Origin: Promethearchaeota archaeon
Lineage (GTDB): Archaea; Asgardarchaeota; Lokiarchaeia; Sigyniarchaeales; SOKP01
DNA: 12,975 bases
Assembly: GCA_048940645.1 (NCBI GenBank)
Contig: JBHLOI010000080.1
Span: 1-12,975, forward strand
Reading direction: 5' to 3'
Shown here: positions 8,062-12,975 of the stretch, one piece after another
Layout of the letters: every line of letters starts with the position of its first letter
Position numbering within the stretch: the stretch's first letter is position 1
Program-made: the position numbers and the translations under genes
The notes under the pieces: generated by a model
What the model saw: only the letters and a program-made list of their open reading frames with translations
Databases searched by the model: none
Told to the model about the DNA's origin: nothing

Positions 8062-8266
8062 TAAAATACGTAAAATCACGTACTTATATCTAATTAAAAA
8101 GAATAATAAAAAATTTTCTCCTTTATTCCAAATTATTTCTTTATAGAGATTTCTATAATTTTTTCTTCCTTCTTCTTAACATCTTTAATTGAAATCAATT
8201 AAAATAAAATATAAATAAAAAAATGACAAAGTGATACAATATAATAAATTAGAAGAATGATAAAAA

Positions 8267-8740
8267 ATGGCACAAAATTTTGAATTAAATTTAGGTAATT
8301 TGAAAATAGACCAATTAAGTTTTGTTTATAAGGACATAAAAAAACATGCAATAATTATGGAAAATTTGTATGGAATTCCAAAATTTGCACAAATGGAAAA
8401 TATAACTCATCACGAGGCTACCTATCGTGGTAAAGAAGTAACTATAATAGTGGATTATGCGTTTAGCCGTCTACTTAACGTACAAATTGAGTTGCAACAA
8501 TGGAAGAGTGGGGATTGTCTTTTTAAGGAATTCATAGATCATGGGAAAGAAGGACTTCATAGCATAGGTGTGTATGTGGATGACTTAGACGCATATATAA
8601 ATGAATTTAAGAAAAAAAATATAGAAGTACTACAAACCGGTCAAGTTGGTAAACAAAAATTTGTATATTTAGATACTGAAAAAACATTTGGCGTTTTGTT
8701 AGAAATATCCACAACAGTTAAACGTCGAAAAAAGAAATAA
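8267..8740 (+). CDS. VOC/glyoxalase superfamily protein (methylmalonyl-CoA epimerase-like)
   Basis: IDQLSFVYKD, QIELQQ, EGLHSIGVYVDD and FVYLDTEKTFGVLLEI match the Glyoxalase_4-type pattern. Confidence 0.85.
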   Translation: MAQNFELNLGNLKIDQLSFVYKDIKKHAIIMENLYGIPKFAQMENITHHEATYRGKEVTIIVDYAFSRLLNVQIELQQWKSGDCLFKEFIDHGKEGLHSIGVYVDDLDAYINEFKKKNIEVLQTGQVGKQKFVYLDTEKTFGVLLEISTTVKRRKKK

Positions 8741-8792
8741 AAGGTCTTTTTAACTATTCTATTTTTTTCAATTAAATTTAAAAAAAAGAAGA

Positions 8793-9647
8793 TTAAATTT
8801 TTCTTCCTGTTTTTCTCCTTGCTCTTTTGTAAAGTCTATCTAATACACCACGCATATCATCAGGATTTTCCCTCATCGTTTTTAATTGAATAGCGGCATC
8901 CCCTGGTAGGATTTCAAAACGTTCTTCTAAAATCTTCTCAATAAATTCACCAGCTACTTCTTCAGCTGTCATTAATCCACCTGATTCTGAAATTATTGCG
9001 CATTCTGGGGGTTTAAATTTATTTTCTTCGGCAAAACCGGGAGTGTCCGTATCAGTAGGAAAAAGGATTGAAACTTTAATATTATAAGGTAATAATTCAT
9101 GTCGTAAAGCCTCTGCTAATCCAAAAATAGCATATTTAGTCGGAGCATAAGTTACAAATCCCATAATCCCCATAAATCCCATAACTGAAGATGTAAAAGA
9201 TATATGTCCATTTTTTGCTTCCATAAAGTAGGGTAAAATGATGAGGGTGGGAACCAGTTGTCCATAGTAGTTAATATTCATATTTGTTTTAAAATCTTCA
9301 AGGGTTAATTTTTCAAGATATTGCGCATAAGCAAAACCTACAAAATTAAATAGATAATCTGGAATTTTATTTCTTTTAATTATATCCGTTAAAAGTGGTT
9401 TCAATTTATTCATATCTGTAGCATCGCAAGCAATAATCTCAATAAACTGGGAATCATCAAGTTTTAATTTATTACATTCAGTTTGAGTTTCTTTTAATGC
9501 ATCCAACCCTCTCGCAATAATACAAACACTCCCTCCTAATTGGACAAATAACTTTGCTACTGCTTTCCCCATCCCTTTGGAGCCACCAGGAATAATTGCA
9601 TACTTTCCTTTAAAGGCTTCCTGAGCTAATAATTCTTCATCCGCCAT
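8793..9647 (-). CDS. Short-chain dehydrogenase, 3-ketodihydrosphingosine reductase (KDSR/Tsc10)-like
   Basis: PGGSKGMG, IIAR (NADPH-type), SSVMG, catalytic YAPTK and the KDSR-subfamily signature FPTDTDTPGFAEENKFKP. Confidence 0.85.
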   Translation of the reverse strand: MADEELLAQEAFKGKYAIIPGGSKGMGKAVAKLFVQLGGSVCIIARGLDALKETQTECNKLKLDDSQFIEIIACDATDMNKLKPLLTDIIKRNKIPDYLFNFVGFAYAQYLEKLTLEDFKTNMNINYYGQLVPTLIILPYFMEAKNGHISFTSSVMGFMGIMGFVTYAPTKYAIFGLAEALRHELLPYNIKVSILFPTDTDTPGFAEENKFKPPECAIISESGGLMTAEEVAGEFIEKILEERFEILPGDAAIQLKTMRENPDDMRGVLDRLYKRARRKTGRKI

Positions 9648-9686
9648 TTATAATCAATTGCATTTGTGTTCATTTAAATTTAAATT

Positions 9687-9718
9687 TTTAATTTTTCAAA
9701 AAAATTTGAAAAATTAAA
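9687..9718. terminator. Perfect 14-bp inverted repeat (hairpin) between the two SDR genes
   Basis: TTTAATTTTTCAAA (9687-9700) - AAAA - TTTGAAAAATTAAA (9705-9718), separated by 4 nt from the stop of 9723..10535. Confidence 0.55.
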
Positions 9719-9722
9719 CTAC

Positions 9723-10535
9723 TTAGATTTCAGATTTAAAATAATAAGCTGGAACACCAACTTCAGCTATGCCTCCGTCAATTGGGAAATTATGTCCAGT
9801 TATGAAATCCGATAATTTAGATGCCAAAAATAATACAACATTTACAACATCTTCTACAGTTCCCATTCGATTTAATGGAGTTTTAACATGACCATCATCC
9901 ATTATCATTTTAACTACATCCTCTCTATTATCATAAATTCCAGTTATATGATACCCTGGAGAAATTGAATTAACGGTTATTTTTGGAGCAAGACTTTGAG
10001 ATAACATTTGAACCATAGCAATAATTCCAACTTTACTTAAGGAGTAAACAGGAGTCTTATTATCGATTTTCATTCCTGCAATTGATGCGGTGTGAATTAC
10101 CTTTCCTGCTAAGGGTTCAAAAGTCTGCTTTTTCATTCTTTTACATATACTTTTAGAAACTAACCACTGACCTTTAAGATTTATTCCTAAAATTCTGTCC
10201 CAATCTTTTTCTTTTGTTCTTAATAAATCCATTCCATATGGATATCCTACTCCCGCATTATTGAATAAAAGGTAAACATTTTCTAGGTCTTGGAATGCTT
10301 CTTTTGCCATTTCTTCTACTTGATCTGATTTTGAAACATCGCAAACGATAGGAATGACTTTTTGATTTGTTTTTTGAGTAATTTTTTTACTTGTTTCTAC
10401 TAATAACTCTTCATTAATATCTACTAATACTAAATCTGCTCCTCGTTCAGCAAAAGCAAGTGCTACACCCTTACCAAACCCCGAAGCACCTCCAGTGATT
10501 AAAGCACCTTTTCCTTCAAGAAATTTTTCAATCAT
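9723..10535 (-). CDS. Classical SDR oxidoreductase (FabG-like, NAD-preferring)
   Basis: TGGASGFG, LVD (acidic residue indicating NAD), FNNAG, catalytic YSLSK, VNSISPG, PLNRMG and ITGHNFPIDGG. Confidence 0.92.
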   Translation of the reverse strand: MIEKFLEGKGALITGGASGFGKGVALAFAERGADLVLVDINEELLVETSKKITQKTNQKVIPIVCDVSKSDQVEEMAKEAFQDLENVYLLFNNAGVGYPYGMDLLRTKEKDWDRILGINLKGQWLVSKSICKRMKKQTFEPLAGKVIHTASIAGMKIDNKTPVYSLSKVGIIAMVQMLSQSLAPKITVNSISPGYHITGIYDNREDVVKMIMDDGHVKTPLNRMGTVEDVVNVVLFLASKLSDFITGHNFPIDGGIAEVGVPAYYFKSEI

Positions 10536-10736
10536 TTTAATATCACTTTTTTCATTCCGTATTATATTTATACTATGTTAAGATGATATTTATAGTTAAA
10601 AAAAGTAGATTTGTAAGTAAAATTATTTATTTAATCTTAATCCTTAAAACAAATAAAAGAAATTCACTTCAAAACCAAAAATTTAATTATTTAGCTCTTT
10701 TTAAGAATTAATATAGAAACGGCATGTGATTCAAAT

Positions 10737-12317
10737 ATGGTTGATAAAATTATTCCTTTCTTAATTAATATCTCTGAAGTCATTTCTGCTCGTTCTAGAG
10801 CTACTTTACTGGATGAAATGGCGATGGCATTAATCGAATGTATAAATATTTATGGTAAAACACTTAATAAGCTAGGAAAAATAAATAGAATTTCCGTTTG
10901 TTTCTGGCCAGTGAAATTAGTACCTTTAAATGAAACTAGAGCGTGTGTATGCAGCTACTTACTAAATAAGCAAGAGAAATTTAATTTTGGTAAATTTTCT
11001 CAAATGCCACCACCGCCCCAAAATGTAATAAAGGGCGCGGATCCAGTGTCATTTCTAAATGCTTTACAGTCATATAATAGCGGTTACTTAAGAAAAAGTA
11101 AATATTTTAGAAGAGGTACCGTAATTCAAGAAGCATTATTTAACGCTAGTGAAGTTGAATATTTTAAGAACTTCTTCTTAAATCAATATGGTATCGGGTC
11201 TTTCGGAGAACCTTACTTTGTTTTGGAAGGAGGACCAATTCCAAAAAGCATTAATCAAGCAAAAATTGTGCCAGAAATTTTAGAATACATTTCTCAAAAA
11301 GATGTTAGAATGCTTGATGATTACGGTACGAGCATTTCAAAACTATGCGAAGTATGGATACAACGAGGAACTCAAGATGCTGATAAGATAAGAGGTAAAA
11401 AAGTGGATACTAGTGAGGAAGAAAAGCAATTAGCCTCACTAAATAAGGAATTGGAGGCTGAAAAAGCAAGAAAAATAGAAACTTCTCCAGAAGAATTAGT
11501 GAAATCAGGAAAGTATAAAATTAATGATAAATCAAGTGATTTTTACAATAATAATAATGCGATTAAAAACAGTATTGATCGCATTAGAAATGCCATAAAT
11601 AAGAATGATTTATTTGAAGTAGAAGAATCAGTTAAGGATTTAGAAATCAAATATCAAGATTTAGGCAATTCAATAAGTAGATATACAAGTGAACTTGCTC
11701 AATTAAGAAAAAATGTTCAGAAAGAAATAAGCGATTTAGAGAAGACTAAGCAACAAAAGATTAGAGAGTTAGAGAAAAAAATATCAGAAGTGAAAAGTAA
11801 AATTGACTCGAAGCATAGTGAATTAAGCAGTGATTTAACCAGTGCTGAGGATACGGTTGCTAAAATAAAATTAGAAAAACAATCTTGCTTAGATAATCTC
11901 GAGAAGGTAAAAGATAGCGAGATGACAGGAGTTCAAGATTTTTTTAAGAATTATTCTATAGAAATTAAAACTCAAAATGTAGTTGTTGGAGTCCCAATGT
12001 TCATTTTTTACTTTATAAACCCCAATACACGTAGAACAACAGAGAGGGCTCCTGTATTACCTATGCTTATCGAAAAAGGTAAAATTCATAGAACCAAAGT
12101 TACAGATGCTTTTAGAACTAAATTGAGAGATTTAATGAATAAAGATAACGCAATGATAAATCTTGTTGAAAAAGGTGGAGAAACTGGTAATCTTATGGAT
12201 ATAAAGAATCTCGATACTCAACTTGATGAAGCTATTAATGATTTACGTATAAGGAAGGTACTAGGTAAAAAAGAAGCTGAAAAAGCTAAGGATGTTATTA
12301 ATAATTTAGTATGGTAG
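10737..12317 (+). CDS. Uncharacterised coiled-coil protein
   Basis: 526-aa ORF with a GTGAT motif upstream. A K/E/Q-rich heptad region (aa ~225-395) is flanked by globular N- and C-terminal parts; T tracts follow the stop. Confidence 0.85.
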   Translation: MVDKIIPFLINISEVISARSRATLLDEMAMALIECINIYGKTLNKLGKINRISVCFWPVKLVPLNETRACVCSYLLNKQEKFNFGKFSQMPPPPQNVIKGADPVSFLNALQSYNSGYLRKSKYFRRGTVIQEALFNASEVEYFKNFFLNQYGIGSFGEPYFVLEGGPIPKSINQAKIVPEILEYISQKDVRMLDDYGTSISKLCEVWIQRGTQDADKIRGKKVDTSEEEKQLASLNKELEAEKARKIETSPEELVKSGKYKINDKSSDFYNNNNAIKNSIDRIRNAINKNDLFEVEESVKDLEIKYQDLGNSISRYTSELAQLRKNVQKEISDLEKTKQQKIRELEKKISEVKSKIDSKHSELSSDLTSAEDTVAKIKLEKQSCLDNLEKVKDSEMTGVQDFFKNYSIEIKTQNVVVGVPMFIFYFINPNTRRTTERAPVLPMLIEKGKIHRTKVTDAFRTKLRDLMNKDNAMINLVEKGGETGNLMDIKNLDTQLDEAINDLRIRKVLGKKEAEKAKDVINNLVW

Positions 12318-12368
12318 TATTTTTTTTAAGATCTAATTTTTATTATCATTTTTTTTAGTGTTTCTTTA

Positions 12369-12542
12369 CTAATCTCCAAAATATTCCATTGTAATTCCAC
12401 AGCATTCAGGAATAGTTTGATACCCGCAAGTTTCTGTATTACAACAACATAATAAGTATCCATCTTTCACAATCATAGATTTATCGCAACATGTAGGAAC
12501 TTCATGCTCACTTCCACAAACTTTACAAACTAATTTTGGCAT
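12369..12542 (-). CDS. Small cysteine-rich metal-binding protein (two desulforedoxin/zinc-ribbon-like modules), 57 aa
   Basis: MPKLVCKVCGSEHEVPTCCDKSMIVKDGYLLCCCNTETCGYQTIPECCGITMEYFGD contains 10 Cys. An AGGTGAT SD-like motif just upstream of ATG 12542 supports this start over 12572. Confidence 0.8.
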   Translation of the reverse strand: MPKLVCKVCGSEHEVPTCCDKSMIVKDGYLLCCCNTETCGYQTIPECCGITMEYFGD

Positions 12543-12775
12543 TTTTTTATCACCTGTCATTGAAATTACCAAATTAAGAATAAAAAAGACTATACTAAAA
12601 TGCTTCTTTTATTTAATATAAAGTAGAGGTATAATACCCATTATGAAATTAAATTAATATCATCTAAACTTTTATGAGATATTAGATTCCAGATTTTAAG
12701 AAAAAATTCATTTAAAACATTTCAATTATTATATTTCTTACTTACGAGTTTTAAAGATTAAAATGGAGAAGTTTT

Positions 12776-12975
12776 ATGGCTGACAAACTAAATTTAAAAA
12801 AAACATTTGAATTGTATAAGGAGGCGCTAAATTTAATTCCAGGGGCAATATTAGGTATCCGTAGACCCTATAATTTTGTTGAGGGAGAATATCCTATATT
12901 TTTTGAAACCGCAAAAGGAGGAAAAGTGATTGATGTTGATGGAAATGAATATATTGATATGCTTTGCGCATACGG
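12776..12975 (+). CDS. Class-III PLP aminotransferase, 5' part (GSA-aminomutase-like; resembles 3-aminobutyryl-CoA aminotransferase); runs off the window
   Basis: Not in the ORF track. GGAG at 12765-12768, then ATG 12776: MADKLNLKKTFELYKEALNLIPGAILGIRRPYNFVEGEYPIFFETAKGGKVIDVDGNEYIDMLCAYG, containing the class-III motif DVDGNEYID. Confidence 0.88.
   Translation, partial: MADKLNLKKTFELYKEALNLIPGAILGIRRPYNFVEGEYPIFFETAKGGKVIDVDGNEYIDMLCAY

Noticed and set aside
4773-10535. A sphingolipid operon (GGDG kinase plus KDSR-like SDR)
   Set aside because: The kinase is AcoX/ATP-NAD type rather than sphingosine kinase type, the genes are not contiguous, and no serine palmitoyltransferase is in the window.
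12620-12775. Possible lysine riboswitch upstream of the aminotransferase (AGTAGAGGT)
   Set aside because: Only the first few bases resemble the consensus; the region is very AT-rich and I could not build the multi-helix structure.

Overview
AT-rich archaeal window, most likely from an Asgard archaeon (Lokiarchaeia-like). This rests on a TPR + longin-like fusion gene, GTGAT-type ribosome-binding motifs, oligo-T terminators and a eukaryote-type 3' UTR SECIS. The main hidden feature is a selenoprotein gene that the ORF track truncates: a 170-aa peroxiredoxin-like protein (2269..2781, +) with an in-frame TGA at 2425-2427 in the motif FFRGNW-U-NH-C (UxxC). A eukaryote-like SECIS hairpin follows directly after its stop codon (2782..2852). 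The window also holds two tandem paralogous 5-TM membrane proteins, two divergent 3-hydroxyacyl-CoA dehydrogenase-family genes, an ATP-NAD/AcoX-type kinase, a TPR-longin protein, a VOC-family protein, two SDRs (one strongly KDSR/Tsc10-like), a long coiled-coil protein, a 57-aa protein with 10 Cys, and the 5' end of a class-III aminotransferase resembling 3-aminobutyryl-CoA aminotransferase. No rRNA, tRNA, CRISPR array or mobile element was seen. All family calls come from motif recognition; no database search was run.
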